Shown one piece after another: positions 38,438 to 47,465 of a DNA stretch of 63,346 bases (position 1 is the stretch's first letter; each line of letters starts with the position of its first letter). Both the position numbers and the translations under genes were made by a program. Location of the stretch: positions 1-63,346 of the IMG/VR virus record IMGVR_UViG_3300033153_008411; one strand, 5' to 3'. Below the pieces are notes generated by a model. It had not been told where the DNA came from. It was given only the letters and a program-made list of their open reading frames with translations, and did not search any database. This stretch comes from a virus. Its lineage: Duplodnaviria > Caudoviricetes.

Positions 38438-38698
38438 TCATAATTCCATTAAATCTTCAGCTGTTCGGGTAATTAAAATTTTTGTTCGCATTTCTTCCAG
38501 TGAAATATACATAGACAAATCATATGATTGATGTTGTGGGTATTCTTTACCATTTTCACTTATAGTAAGAAAATAATGCCTGTAAAAAGGCAATCCTATT
38601 GGTTCGTCGCTTTGATGATCATAATAAATCATCAGACAAAATCTTTCGAATTTGTCGTCGAGTGATCTAAGAATTTTTGTGATTCCTTTATGATTCAT
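38438..38698 (-). CDS. Family C1 (GxPFYR) small protein
   Basis: GLPFYRHYF...YDLSMYISL; ends TAEDLMEL. Confidence 0.7.
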   Translation of the reverse strand: MNHKGITKILRSLDDKFERFCLMIYYDHQSDEPIGLPFYRHYFLTISENGKEYPQHQSYDLSMYISLEEMRTKILITRTAEDLMEL

Positions 38699-39042
38699 AA
38701 TTCTAAAAAGTCTTTGATTATACTACATTTCAAAAGATACTGAATTTTTGCATTTCGACCGGACCAGATCCGGCCAGAAAAACAATTTGAAGTATCTTTC
38801 ATAAAAAATGCCTGTTTACCGTCTGTTAGGATGATGAAATCACAATCGTATACATCGCCGTACTCGATACCCTTCTCCATAAGAAAGTTCGATTTGGTGC
38901 TGTCTGTGGATAATACAGCACTATGATTTAAGATGGTATCTATACTTTTGACATCGATTGTGAGAACATTCGGATTTGTGTACGCATTTTTTAAATCTCT
39001 TAATGAGAATACCGGTGCTGTTGATGTCGTGTAATATTTCAT
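38695..39042 (-). CDS. Family C2 small protein
   Basis: YDCDFIILTDG..FFMKD; ends IKDFLEL. Confidence 0.65.
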   Translation of the reverse strand: MKYYTTSTAPVFSLRDLKNAYTNPNVLTIDVKSIDTILNHSAVLSTDSTKSNFLMEKGIEYGDVYDCDFIILTDGKQAFFMKDTSNCFSGRIWSGRNAKIQYLLKCSIIKDFLEL

Positions 39043-39347
39043 AAATTCATTAATCCGTTAGCTGTATTTTGAAGTTTTATGTACCGAGCAAAATTTTTTA
39101 ATGACGAAAATTCATTTAACTCGTAATCGTAAAAGAGAATTTTTTCTTCGTATACACCTGTAAGTTCTCTTGTTTTTGGATCTTCTCTCCATCCTTCTAA
39201 TGTTCTACTAACAAAAAAACATCGATAAAAAGGTTCTCCAACTAAATTTGCGTTTTTATCTACAAATTGAACATAACATACTGCATTATTTTTGTCAATA
39301 TGTATTCTATTAAGAATAGCTAGGTTTTTTCTTGGTTTGATTCTCAT
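39039..39347 (-). CDS. Family C1 (GxPFYR) small protein
   Basis: GEPFYRCFF...YELNEFSSL; ends TANGLMNL. Confidence 0.7.
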   Translation of the reverse strand: MRIKPRKNLAILNRIHIDKNNAVCYVQFVDKNANLVGEPFYRCFFVSRTLEGWREDPKTRELTGVYEEKILFYDYELNEFSSLKNFARYIKLQNTANGLMNL

Positions 39348-39643
39348 AATGCAATAAAAAGATATTTTAATAAAATTTCGTAATCTTCATCTTCGGGCGT
39401 CCACGGGTCATAACTAAATGATATAAAATGATTATATCGATCTTTTAAAACAATAATTTTATTTTCATCGTATGCTAATATCAAATCTGCATGTTGAAAT
39501 GTTTGTCTCGTTTCAATTCTTGCTCTTGACATAACCGCCTGAGATAAGATATTTCTTGGTAATGTACCACTCCAATCTTTTAGCGGAAAGGCAATTATTT
39601 TTTTGTACTTACCCATTCTGTAAGGTTTACTGACCTGTGACAT
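39344..39643 (-). CDS. Family C2 small protein
   Basis: QHADLILAYDENKIIVLKDRY; ends KYLFIAL. Confidence 0.65.
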   Translation of the reverse strand: MSQVSKPYRMGKYKKIIAFPLKDWSGTLPRNILSQAVMSRARIETRQTFQHADLILAYDENKIIVLKDRYNHFISFSYDPWTPEDEDYEILLKYLFIAL

Positions 39644-40064
39644 CTTTCATCTTATTAATTAATAATGCACCATAACTGTCGATTAATAATGCTATGGCCA
39701 GCATAACACTGTAAACAACCAACATAAAAATGAAATGATTGATTGCAGCTACTATCAACGCACCGCATACAACTAAAATATAAGCCAATTTTAAGCCCGG
39801 TGAATCGGCGCGTTCAACCCTAAGCTTCATTGTATTCTTGAGTACCTTTTTAACCTTGATTTTATCAGCTAATTTTGTTATACGCCCAACAAAAAGATAC
39901 GCGGTAATAAATGTAATAAGCGTAAAACATACACCACCAGTAAGCATACCAATCAAAATATTCGATAATAATATAGCCGTTGGTGTAACTGCATAATGTG
40001 CGCTTGAAGCGACAACGATATGTATTAATATCGATATTGTGTATTTTATTTGCTGTTTATTCAC
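39627..40064 (-). CDS. Membrane protein (about 4 TM)
   Basis: Start revised to GTG at 40064 after an AGGAGACA RBS; hydrophobic segments. Confidence 0.6.
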   Translation of the reverse strand: MNKQQIKYTISILIHIVVASSAHYAVTPTAILLSNILIGMLTGGVCFTLITFITAYLFVGRITKLADKIKVKKVLKNTMKLRVERADSPGLKLAYILVVCGALIVAAINHFIFMLVVYSVMLAIALLIDSYGALLINKMKDVTGQ

Positions 40065-40515
40065 TTTTGTCTCCTTGTAAATAATTATCGATGGTTTGAC
40101 CGGTGTGTGATAATATGTTTTTTCCAACAAGTCGGGTGTAACAAGATCCTAAATAAATCAACCCAAATATCCAGCGACCGGTCATAAAGGATACGAAACA
40201 CATCACAATATCAACTGCAAGCATAAACATATCCATAGAAATATTTATTTTGCACATTCCAGTGTACCCCTTTAAAATACGTTCACGTTGTGCTTTGAGA
40301 TGTTCTATATTTTTCCGGGTGTATATTTGACTCGTTCGATTTCCATAAACAAAATAAAAAAATTCAACGACAACAGTAGTAGCAAGCATTTGGAATAACC
40401 ACATTCCAACTAATACTGCAAAGAATCCACCTGATACATAACCTAATAAATACATCAGGGTTAAACCGTCACCGGCAATAGTTAATAAGAAATGTCTCCA
40501 GTTTGTGTCATTCAT
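40057..40515 (-). CDS. Membrane protein (about 4 TM)
   Basis: Hydrophobic segments; AGGAGACA RBS. Confidence 0.6.
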   Translation of the reverse strand: MNDTNWRHFLLTIAGDGLTLMYLLGYVSGGFFAVLVGMWLFQMLATTVVVEFFYFVYGNRTSQIYTRKNIEHLKAQRERILKGYTGMCKINISMDMFMLAVDIVMCFVSFMTGRWIFGLIYLGSCYTRLVGKNILSHTGQTIDNYLQGDKSE

Positions 40516-42656
40516 TTTGTCTCCTTTGAATTAACTGCATCTTTCATGTTAATGAAATTTTTGATATCTTCTATTATATCATAAGATATCTGCTCATCAT
40601 ACCTGAGATTGATTTTTGAAAGTAAAGTGTATCTTGCAAAATCGGCGTGAAGTTTAACAAAAAGATCTTGAAAATACTTCGGTGCTAATTCGAAACTTTT
40701 CTTTCTTAAATGACTTAAGATGTTAGGAATAGTGCTGACACTTTCGGTATTTGAATCGTTGAATGCTTCTTTAAGTTTAATCCACAATTTGATATTCGGA
40801 TTACTGATCTCTTCCAAAAATAACGGATTTACTTTATACATTTTTTCAATTGTTCGGGTAAACTCGCTATCATGAAATACAACTCTTGAAAGCATCTGTC
40901 TCTTATAAAAACTATGCGATAATGTATAGTTCTGAATGAGATCATCGATATGCATAAACTCAGCGAAATTTTCAACGTGCTTTAGGTTCGGCTTAGACAG
41001 GCAAATAAAACTTAATTTTTCATCTTTGAGATAATGTCTCTGAGCGAAACGAATTATTTGATAAACTTTTTTCTCGTGTGCATCTCTTTCATCATGTAAA
41101 AAATAAACGTACGTGTGATTTTCTCTCAGATTTTTAATGTTAATTGTGTGTCTTTTTCGGTTGTCATAATCATTCATATAATGATAGCAAGAAATTTCTT
41201 CAGGATCTTTTTTTGTACGTTCTGCTTTCAGTTTAGCGTAAGGCTCAACATCTGATAGTTTTTTTAACTGAAGATCAGTAATTATTTTCTGAAAAGCTAC
41301 TAAATCAGGACTAGCAGTAACGATTTCAGCACCGAATGAGTCAAGTGACATGTTAGTTGTAGTTTCCGGTGAAACAAGATAAATTTCTTCTTTATTTTCT
41401 TTAAGCAATATAGTGCGTACACGATTGTTAATTCTAACACTCGTTTCATCTGGGTCCACGTAGTAATAGTGACCGTACTGAAGTTCATTGACATCGAAAT
41501 TTTCTGCATCGTGTTTTCTCAGTAGACCTCTTTTATCACCGAGAGTACCGTACTTGTCAGTTTTCGGCCTTAAACGTTTAATAATAACATTTTTTACGTG
41601 TGCACCAACAAAATGACCGGATATTAATGCATAGTTATCGTATTTTATACCACCAGTTCTTTTTAAACCTTTGATTTTGTCTTTGAATTCAATGAGATCT
41701 AAAACTGAATTGACTTTTTCGTATTCGGTTTCAATAAATTCGTCGATGGCTTCTTGCTCGAATGTTGCTACAGTGGCTAGTACACCTTGGTTAGCTTCGT
41801 TTTCGGCTACACCTTCACGATTAGCGGCTATCTCGATACCCCAATCTTTGTCAGCTTTAAGGATAACGTGACCACTCCAAGTTGGCATTTTAATCTTGTC
41901 TCTAAGATCAGTCATTTCAGTAATCCGGCTTAGATGACCGTCAAAAGGGATTCCATCGACAACTAAAGCAAACCTGTTAATATCTAAATCACTTAATGTC
42001 TCATCGCTTATATAAAGATGATCAGTGATTTTACGAAGACTAGGATTAAAATTTTCAACGTCATTCATATAAGAATCATTATCTTCTAGGTCGTGAAAAG
42101 TAACCGGTTCATTCCAGAACATTGTAGTTCTGATAGCGGCCATTATCACACTGTCAATATCACCGTAATCTTTTACTTTGAATGCGATCTCGGTTCCATC
42201 CGGTTCAGTGGTCGGGTTAGATCCAAGCTCAGTCAGGGTTCCATTATGATTGTCGTTAATTGATGCACAATAACGTGCTTCTTTACCACCGATAAAGGTA
42301 GTAATAAAAAATTCGGTAGTATAAGCCCATGCGGACTTAGCACCGATACCGAAACCACCTGTTTGTCCATCATCAGAAGTTTTAGTCGTTCCGCCGTACT
42401 TAACAAATACATCAGCGATTCTATTCGGGCTGATACCCGGTCCAAAATCACGAACCTTAAACCAAAATAAATTCTTTTCTTTATTCGGTACAGTGATTTC
42501 AATCGGTACATCTTCTACACCAATTTCACGGTGAGCGTCACGGGCATTAGATATGTATTCCTGTATTGCAGTTCTAAGCGGGTGAGAGTAAAGTTTGTTT
42601 CGAAGAATACCAATGATAGTCGAAGCGTCACCGATACCGAATTCAAGAGCTTCCAT
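40512..42656 (-). CDS. rIIA: rIIA-like protein (GHKL ATPase N-terminus)
   Basis: ILRNKLYSHPLRTAIQEYISNARDAH, VRDFGPGIS, TKT..D..TGGFGIGAKSAWAYT, IAANREG. Confidence 0.85.
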   Translation of the reverse strand: MEALEFGIGDASTIIGILRNKLYSHPLRTAIQEYISNARDAHREIGVEDVPIEITVPNKEKNLFWFKVRDFGPGISPNRIADVFVKYGGTTKTSDDGQTGGFGIGAKSAWAYTTEFFITTFIGGKEARYCASINDNHNGTLTELGSNPTTEPDGTEIAFKVKDYGDIDSVIMAAIRTTMFWNEPVTFHDLEDNDSYMNDVENFNPSLRKITDHLYISDETLSDLDINRFALVVDGIPFDGHLSRITEMTDLRDKIKMPTWSGHVILKADKDWGIEIAANREGVAENEANQGVLATVATFEQEAIDEFIETEYEKVNSVLDLIEFKDKIKGLKRTGGIKYDNYALISGHFVGAHVKNVIIKRLRPKTDKYGTLGDKRGLLRKHDAENFDVNELQYGHYYYVDPDETSVRINNRVRTILLKENKEEIYLVSPETTTNMSLDSFGAEIVTASPDLVAFQKIITDLQLKKLSDVEPYAKLKAERTKKDPEEISCYHYMNDYDNRKRHTINIKNLRENHTYVYFLHDERDAHEKKVYQIIRFAQRHYLKDEKLSFICLSKPNLKHVENFAEFMHIDDLIQNYTLSHSFYKRQMLSRVVFHDSEFTRTIEKMYKVNPLFLEEISNPNIKLWIKLKEAFNDSNTESVSTIPNILSHLRKKSFELAPKYFQDLFVKLHADFARYTLLSKINLRYDEQISYDIIEDIKNFINMKDAVNSKETK

Positions 42657-42705
42657 ATTTCTGTCTCCTAAAAGATTTCAAAAGATTTAATTTATAATAC
42701 AACCC

Positions 42706-42736
42706 ATTATAGGCATACTTAAAATATCTTTGTCAA
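42706..42736 (-). promoter_or_regulatory. Early sigma70-type promoter for rIIA
   Basis: CTTGACA-N19-TATAAT followed by an AGGAGACAG RBS; the spacer is long. Confidence 0.5.
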
Positions 42737-43054
42737 GTCATCTTTTGTTAATTTAATTTTTCTTTGGATTAAAAGATTTCCTATACTTCTTCTGGCTTGC
42801 TTCATCCTGAATTCGGCTGAAGTGTTTGACGTGTGAATGAAAATAATAGGTGGGTCAAAATCGGTTACTGCAACTTGCTGTTCGATCCATAATAAAACAT
42901 CATAACCGGTACCAGATTCATCGTCTCCTAGATCGTGATCTAGGGATATCTGTTTTACTTGATCGGTTTTCAGATATTCAATTGCACCATTAGCAGTTTT
43001 AGTTAATATCCAGCCGGATGGTGGTGTTCTTACATCGTCAAGATAAATTTTCAT
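42719..43054 (-). CDS. Cyclic-phosphate-processing receiver domain protein
   Basis: Start revised to MKIYLDDVRTPP; ISLDHDLG..GTGYDVLLWIE..IFIHTSN. Confidence 0.8.
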   Translation of the reverse strand: MKIYLDDVRTPPSGWILTKTANGAIEYLKTDQVKQISLDHDLGDDESGTGYDVLLWIEQQVAVTDFDPPIIFIHTSNTSAEFRMKQARRSIGNLLIQRKIKLTKDDLTKIF

Positions 43055-43305
43055 AGTTTCATAAATTCTTGGTACGTTTTTTCTTTTTCTTTTCTTTTTT
43101 TCTTTGTATGTTTTTGAATTGTTATTATTGATCTTATTATAAAAGCACCGGGCCACACACAAAGAACAATCAAAATCGATCCTGTTGTCTGTAACCATTC
43201 GAATAAATCATCACCTACTTTTTCTTTAAAGACAGCTACGTAAATAAAGTAAAGTAAACCAACGAAAAAATATATCAAAATACCGATAACAATATTTAAT
43301 GTCAT
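43051..43305 (-). CDS. Family D small membrane protein
   Basis: 2 TM; ends YQEFMKL. Confidence 0.65.
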   Translation of the reverse strand: MTLNIVIGILIYFFVGLLYFIYVAVFKEKVGDDLFEWLQTTGSILIVLCVWPGAFIIRSIITIQKHTKKKRKEKEKTYQEFMKL

Positions 43306-43547
43306 AAATGCATAAACTCCTTTATTACTCTTTTGTTTTTTTCTATCCTAATCTCTTCTATTTCATTTTTGTAGTACATTACAATCGTCAAAGGAAATAC
43401 CGCTAATAATACGCACGTACATAAAAATAATAAGAAATATAAACCTCTTTCAATTATACTTTCGCTTTCAAAACACATACCCCACAAGAAAAAAAATGGT
43501 GCGCCAAAAGTAAATACTAAAGCTGTTTTTAATGCTTTGATTTTCAT
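43302..43547 (-). CDS. Family D small membrane protein
   Basis: 2 TM; ends IKEFMHL. Confidence 0.65.
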   Translation of the reverse strand: MKIKALKTALVFTFGAPFFFLWGMCFESESIIERGLYFLLFLCTCVLLAVFPLTIVMYYKNEIEEIRIEKNKRVIKEFMHL

Positions 43548-43813
43548 AATTCCATAAAATCATGAGCTAATTGTTCATTGATCATATTTCTAATAACACG
43601 TTTCCAAACAAAAAAGAAAATAGGAAAAAAAGGTATAAAAACGAGAGTCAGAAAGAAAATAAAAACAGCTATGCTTTTATCTTGTTTGTCCATTTTTTTT
43701 CTTTCATCAATTATATACCAAATTATAAAAACTGGAAAGAAAAAACAAAGTAACAACGAGAAAGTATTTTGGTTTTTAATTAATCTTTCCATTACTTCAT
43801 TGCAAGTTATCAT
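43544..43813 (-). CDS. Family D small membrane protein
   Basis: 2 TM; ends AHDFMEL. Confidence 0.65.
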   Translation of the reverse strand: MITCNEVMERLIKNQNTFSLLLCFFFPVFIIWYIIDERKKMDKQDKSIAVFIFFLTLVFIPFFPIFFFVWKRVIRNMINEQLAHDFMEL

Positions 43814-44088
43814 AATTCCTGAAAATCTTTAATAATTTCTTTTTTATGGGTTATTTTTTCTTTGTGTCGAGTTATCTTCAGTAATATAAAATAGAAAACC
43901 GGGATAGAAATAGGAAACAAACAAAATAAAAAAAGACTTGAAATAAGTGCACAGAACAATTTAAAATGATCCAATTTATCCCATACATCAAAATTGTGAA
44001 TATAATCAACTGGTAGTTCCCAAATTCCCTTAAGCACAATATCAAGAGTGTCCTGGTAAATTAATCTTTTTGGCTTTGTTTCTTTCAT
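43810..44088 (-). CDS. Family D small membrane protein
   Basis: Start revised to MKETKPK at an ATGA overlap; ends IKDFQEL. Confidence 0.6.
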   Translation of the reverse strand: MKETKPKRLIYQDTLDIVLKGIWELPVDYIHNFDVWDKLDHFKLFCALISSLFLFCLFPISIPVFYFILLKITRHKEKITHKKEIIKDFQEL

Positions 44089-44408
44089 AATTGAATAAAT
44101 TTTTTGATTAAATATGTTTTGTATTTGCGGTGTAAAGTAAAATAATAATACGGAATTGTAATAAAGAAAAAACAAACACCTAAAAGATTTATTAATATCA
44201 GCACTGGCATATGGAAGAAAATAAAGCTCCAAACACCATCAAGTATACACATAAACCACATAAAAATCATTCCTAGTGGTAGAAAAAAAGTATACCAAGA
44301 TGCCGCCATGAAAAAATAAAATCTTAAATGTTTTGTTTTAATTTCACTAAAAAAATCTTCTAGGGCTTGCGGTAAAAACTCGCTGTAATATTCTTTGATT
44401 GTTAACAT
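44085..44408 (-). CDS. Family D small membrane protein
   Basis: Several TM segments; ends IKKFIQL. Confidence 0.65.
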   Translation of the reverse strand: MLTIKEYYSEFLPQALEDFFSEIKTKHLRFYFFMAASWYTFFLPLGMIFMWFMCILDGVWSFIFFHMPVLILINLLGVCFFFITIPYYYFTLHRKYKTYLIKKFIQL

Positions 44409-44654
44409 TTAAATTTCGTATTTCATGCCTCTTTCAGCTAAAGCCAATACCAAAATCGGCCATATCAAAGGAAATAGAAATACAACAACAAATATTCTAA
44501 GTATCCATAACACGGCACTAAAAAATCCTATTTTAAAATGGCTTGTCAGATTTCTTATTGTTGTTTTACACAAAGCGTTGATTATTACCAACCAACAAAC
44601 AACACAACCAAAAACGTAGTAACATATAGCTACTACGGTTAATGTTTCAAACAT
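44409..44654 (-). CDS. Small membrane protein
   Basis: 2 TM; FPLIWP. Confidence 0.6.
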   Translation of the reverse strand: MFETLTVVAICYYVFGCVVCWLVIINALCKTTIRNLTSHFKIGFFSAVLWILRIFVVVFLFPLIWPILVLALAERGMKYEI

Positions 44655-45033
44655 TTTTTCCTTCGACTATTCGATCAAGGACATCTACTAACATATCGTT
44701 ATAAATGCCGGGATCTACAATTTTGTGAACTTTAACAGTGGTTTTCCAATCGTTGTGATTGATAACCTTAACAAAGGCCAATTCGTAAGTATCGGACCAA
44801 TCAAGGCCAATATACACATAACCTTTAAATTTTAATCCGTTGACTTTAAACTTGACACTACCCATCGGACCAAATTCTTTCTTTTTGGTGATAGGCGCAC
44901 CGTCTTTAATCATTTCAAAGATTTCAGTGGGCTTGTCGGTACTAACAAAATTTTTCGCACCGTAAGCCATTAATGCCATAGGATCAATATGTTTGATTTG
45001 ACTCAGGATAGTTTCGGCAACGATTTTACTCAT
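44647..45033 (-). CDS. Hypothetical early phage protein
   Basis: Start revised to MSKIVAETIL after an AGGAGACA RBS; FKGYVYIGLDWSDTYEL...GIYNDML. Confidence 0.7.
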   Translation of the reverse strand: MSKIVAETILSQIKHIDPMALMAYGAKNFVSTDKPTEIFEMIKDGAPITKKKEFGPMGSVKFKVNGLKFKGYVYIGLDWSDTYELAFVKVINHNDWKTTVKVHKIVDPGIYNDMLVDVLDRIVEGKNV

Positions 45034-45073
45034 TTTGTCTCCTTGAAGGGTTTTATCAATTAAGTACACCTTT

Positions 45074-45102
45074 AATATGCGCCTTTGAATTCACTCTGTC
45101 AA
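45074..45102 (-). promoter_or_regulatory. Early promoter with a shared downstream box
   Basis: TTGACA-N17-CATATT then AAGGTGTACTTAATT, the same box found after the promoter at 59978-60006. Confidence 0.65.
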
Positions 45103-45110
45103 GGAAAAAA

Positions 45111-45362
45111 TCACCTTTTCATCAAATCATAATGTAACTGTTCTCGCTCTGTTGGTGTGCAATATTCAGTAACAACTCTGCGAGATAACCGATAACCCAA
45201 AGAGCAACTTTCGTATAGAAATTTAACAGCTTTTGTTTTACTATACTGTAAATAAACTTCTTTCACATCAGTTAAAAAAGAAGTAGATATTTTATGTTGT
45301 TTCCATCCAGCGAATACAAACATATTGTTACTTTCTTTGTTTATTTTAATTGATATGGTCAT
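45111..45362 (-). CDS. Family E (PTxxE) small protein
   Basis: Ends CTPTEREQLHYDLMKR. Confidence 0.65.
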   Translation of the reverse strand: MTISIKINKESNNMFVFAGWKQHKISTSFLTDVKEVYLQYSKTKAVKFLYESCSLGYRLSRRVVTEYCTPTEREQLHYDLMKR

Positions 45363-45589
45363 AATTTTTTTAATTGATATGCTAATAATTCTGCTTCTGT
45401 TGGTAATAGAGTACCTAAATAAAGTTTATCAACTCGAATCAGCCATGTGATTGTTTCTTCTTCACTCATTTTATAGCACTCTCGAAACCACGAAAATAAT
45501 CGTTGTGCATTACCATATTCTAATATATTATTTCGCATTGTTTCAACTATTTGTGGATCTGGCCTAGGCTGTTTTTGTACAGACTTCAT
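45359..45589 (-). CDS. Family E (PTxxE) small protein
   Basis: Ends PTEAELLAYQLKKL. Confidence 0.7.
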   Translation of the reverse strand: MKSVQKQPRPDPQIVETMRNNILEYGNAQRLFSWFRECYKMSEEETITWLIRVDKLYLGTLLPTEAELLAYQLKKL

Positions 45590-45801
45590 AAATCCCCAAA
45601 ATGAAATGCAATTTTTTCAGTGTTAGTTGGATTGATAATGTCTAATAAGTTTTCCAAGTTGTTTTCACTTAGCGTTGAAGAAAATTCAATCAACAAAAGA
45701 ATTTCTATTTCAAATTTTGCGGCATCACGCCCTTCTTTGATGTATACATTTTTAGCTAGGTGCATTATTTTTCTTGAATCTTCATCAGTAATTTCACTCA
45801 T
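45586..45801 (-). CDS. Family E (PTxxE) small protein
   Basis: Ends PTNTEKIAFHFGDL. Confidence 0.7.
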   Translation of the reverse strand: MSEITDEDSRKIMHLAKNVYIKEGRDAAKFEIEILLLIEFSSTLSENNLENLLDIINPTNTEKIAFHFGDL

Positions 45802-46001
45802 AAATCACCTAGTCTATGCCCGGTTATTTCCGCTTCTGTTGGTTTACAATGTTCGTTCACAAATGATTCAGCTTTCGGCCAAGTTAAATCCAACATAATT
45901 ACAATATGAGCTATTGCTCGTTCTTTCCGATTGAATATCCAATGCCTTTTAGCGATCCTAATAATTTCTTGAACATGTTCACTATCTAAATCTACTTCCA
46001 T
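45798..46001 (-). CDS. Family E (PTxxE) small protein
   Basis: Ends PTEAEITGHRLGDL. Confidence 0.7.
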   Translation of the reverse strand: MEVDLDSEHVQEIIRIAKRHWIFNRKERAIAHIVIMLDLTWPKAESFVNEHCKPTEAEITGHRLGDL

Positions 46002-46276
46002 TACAGATTACCAAGCTGCATTCCTGTTTCTTCGCTTTGTGTTGGTCGAAATTTATTCGTTAAAGAAAAAGCCATATCCCACAAATCGTCATCGTCAATG
46101 GTAGACATTGACGGATCACCTTCTCTTTTTTCGGTTAGTTTTTCTAACACCAATTCGAAAGCGGCATTAAAATTCGTCAATATGATCAGTTTTTTAATAC
46201 TTTCGATAAAACTTGGATCAACTTCATTAAAGAATTCAGGTTCAATTTCTTCAGTTTGATTAAATTTATAAGTCAT
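46001..46276 (-). CDS. Family E (PTxxE) small protein
   Basis: Ends PTQSEETGMQLGNL. Confidence 0.7.
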   Translation of the reverse strand: MTYKFNQTEEIEPEFFNEVDPSFIESIKKLIILTNFNAAFELVLEKLTEKREGDPSMSTIDDDDLWDMAFSLTNKFRPTQSEETGMQLGNL

Positions 46277-46521
46277 AAATCTCCTAAATTAAATGCAATT
46301 TTTTCAAGTTCAGTGGGTGTACAAAAATTTCTAACAAATTTTTTGGATTGAGTTGATTCCATTTTTGTGTGCAAAAAAACAAATTTATAAGCCCACACTG
46401 GACCAAATTTTATATATTTCTTTTTTGTAGAATTTATAAAATCTAAATCCTCTTCGTACGGTTCATTTGCCCGGTGCATATCAATCAACATTATTTCTCC
46501 ACAAGGGTTTTTAATCATCAT
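46273..46521 (-). CDS. Family E (PTxxE) small protein
   Basis: Ends PTELEKIAFNLGDL. Confidence 0.7.
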   Translation of the reverse strand: MMIKNPCGEIMLIDMHRANEPYEEDLDFINSTKKKYIKFGPVWAYKFVFLHTKMESTQSKKFVRNFCTPTELEKIAFNLGDL

Positions 46522-46790
46522 AAATTTGTTAACTCGTAAGCTGCGTATTCACTTGCTGTTGGTTTGATTTGATCGATGACATCTTTTGCTAAACTATGTA
46601 TATGTCCAAGTGTCATAACCGAGTATGGATGTATACCAGTATTTGCTTTCGATATCATATTCTTAGCGGCTATATCAATAGCTGTGTTTTCATTATGTTG
46701 TAAACAAACATCCTTTAAGCTTTGTAAAAACGAAGCTGTATTTTTTTCGGAATTCTGTTTATATTTGTTGTATAATTCTTGTGAATTCAT
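46518..46790 (-). CDS. Family E (PTxxE) small protein
   Basis: Start at the ATGA overlap; ends PTASEYAAYELTNL. Confidence 0.7.
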   Translation of the reverse strand: MNSQELYNKYKQNSEKNTASFLQSLKDVCLQHNENTAIDIAAKNMISKANTGIHPYSVMTLGHIHSLAKDVIDQIKPTASEYAAYELTNL

Positions 46791-47035
46791 AAGCAACCTA
46801 ATTCGATAGCGATAATTTCTTTTTCTGTTGGGTAATGTTTTTTAACAAGTTCTTTTGATCTTTTATCAGCTTTGAAAAAATTCTCTTGTGACAGGTAATA
46901 ACCATTGGCTTTTCTTAATATTTTACACAATTCTCGGCAAATACCTTCTTGTGCAAATTCTTCACCGTGTAAAGCAACTGCTCTTTTTACTTTTCTGATA
47001 AATTGTGGTGTATCTGTCCAAGGTACATCAATCAT
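46787..47035 (-). CDS. Family E (PTxxE) small protein
   Basis: Start at the ATGA overlap; ends PTEKEIIAIELGCL. Confidence 0.7.
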   Translation of the reverse strand: MIDVPWTDTPQFIRKVKRAVALHGEEFAQEGICRELCKILRKANGYYLSQENFFKADKRSKELVKKHYPTEKEIIAIELGCL

Positions 47036-47241
47036 AATTTGCAAAACTCGTAAGCTGCAATTTCAGCGTTTGTTGGTGTACAATGGTTTTGGACAAACCA
47101 AGTAGATTTTGAATCACATTCATGTTTATCTTGACAAAATTCTTCGATGGATACCCAAATATGTCGGATAGCACTTCGTTTTCCATATTTCAAAAAAATT
47201 TGTTTTGTATTTTCAATTTCGTCTTCTAATAGTTCTTTCAT
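47032..47241 (-). CDS. Family E (PTxxE) small protein
   Basis: Ends PTNAEIAAYEFCKL. Confidence 0.7.
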   Translation of the reverse strand: MKELLEDEIENTKQIFLKYGKRSAIRHIWVSIEEFCQDKHECDSKSTWFVQNHCTPTNAEIAAYEFCKL

Positions 47242-47465
47242 AAATGACCTAATTGAATAGCTACAACTTCGGTTTTACTAGGTATGTATTTGTGTACTAA
47301 CCTAGTAGCTTCTTCCCATAGATATTCACATTCTTCTAAATTTGGATTTTTCCCAAATTCATTTGCGTCTAGTAAATGAAAATACATGATAAGTCTACAA
47401 GCTCTGAACCCATCTAAAGCAATTCTTTTCTTTATCTGTTTGATGAATTCGGGTGTTGCTTTCAT
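47238..47465 (-). CDS. Family E (PTxxE) small protein
   Basis: Ends PSKTEVVAIQLGHL. Confidence 0.7.
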   Translation of the reverse strand: MKATPEFIKQIKKRIALDGFRACRLIMYFHLLDANEFGKNPNLEECEYLWEEATRLVHKYIPSKTEVVAIQLGHL

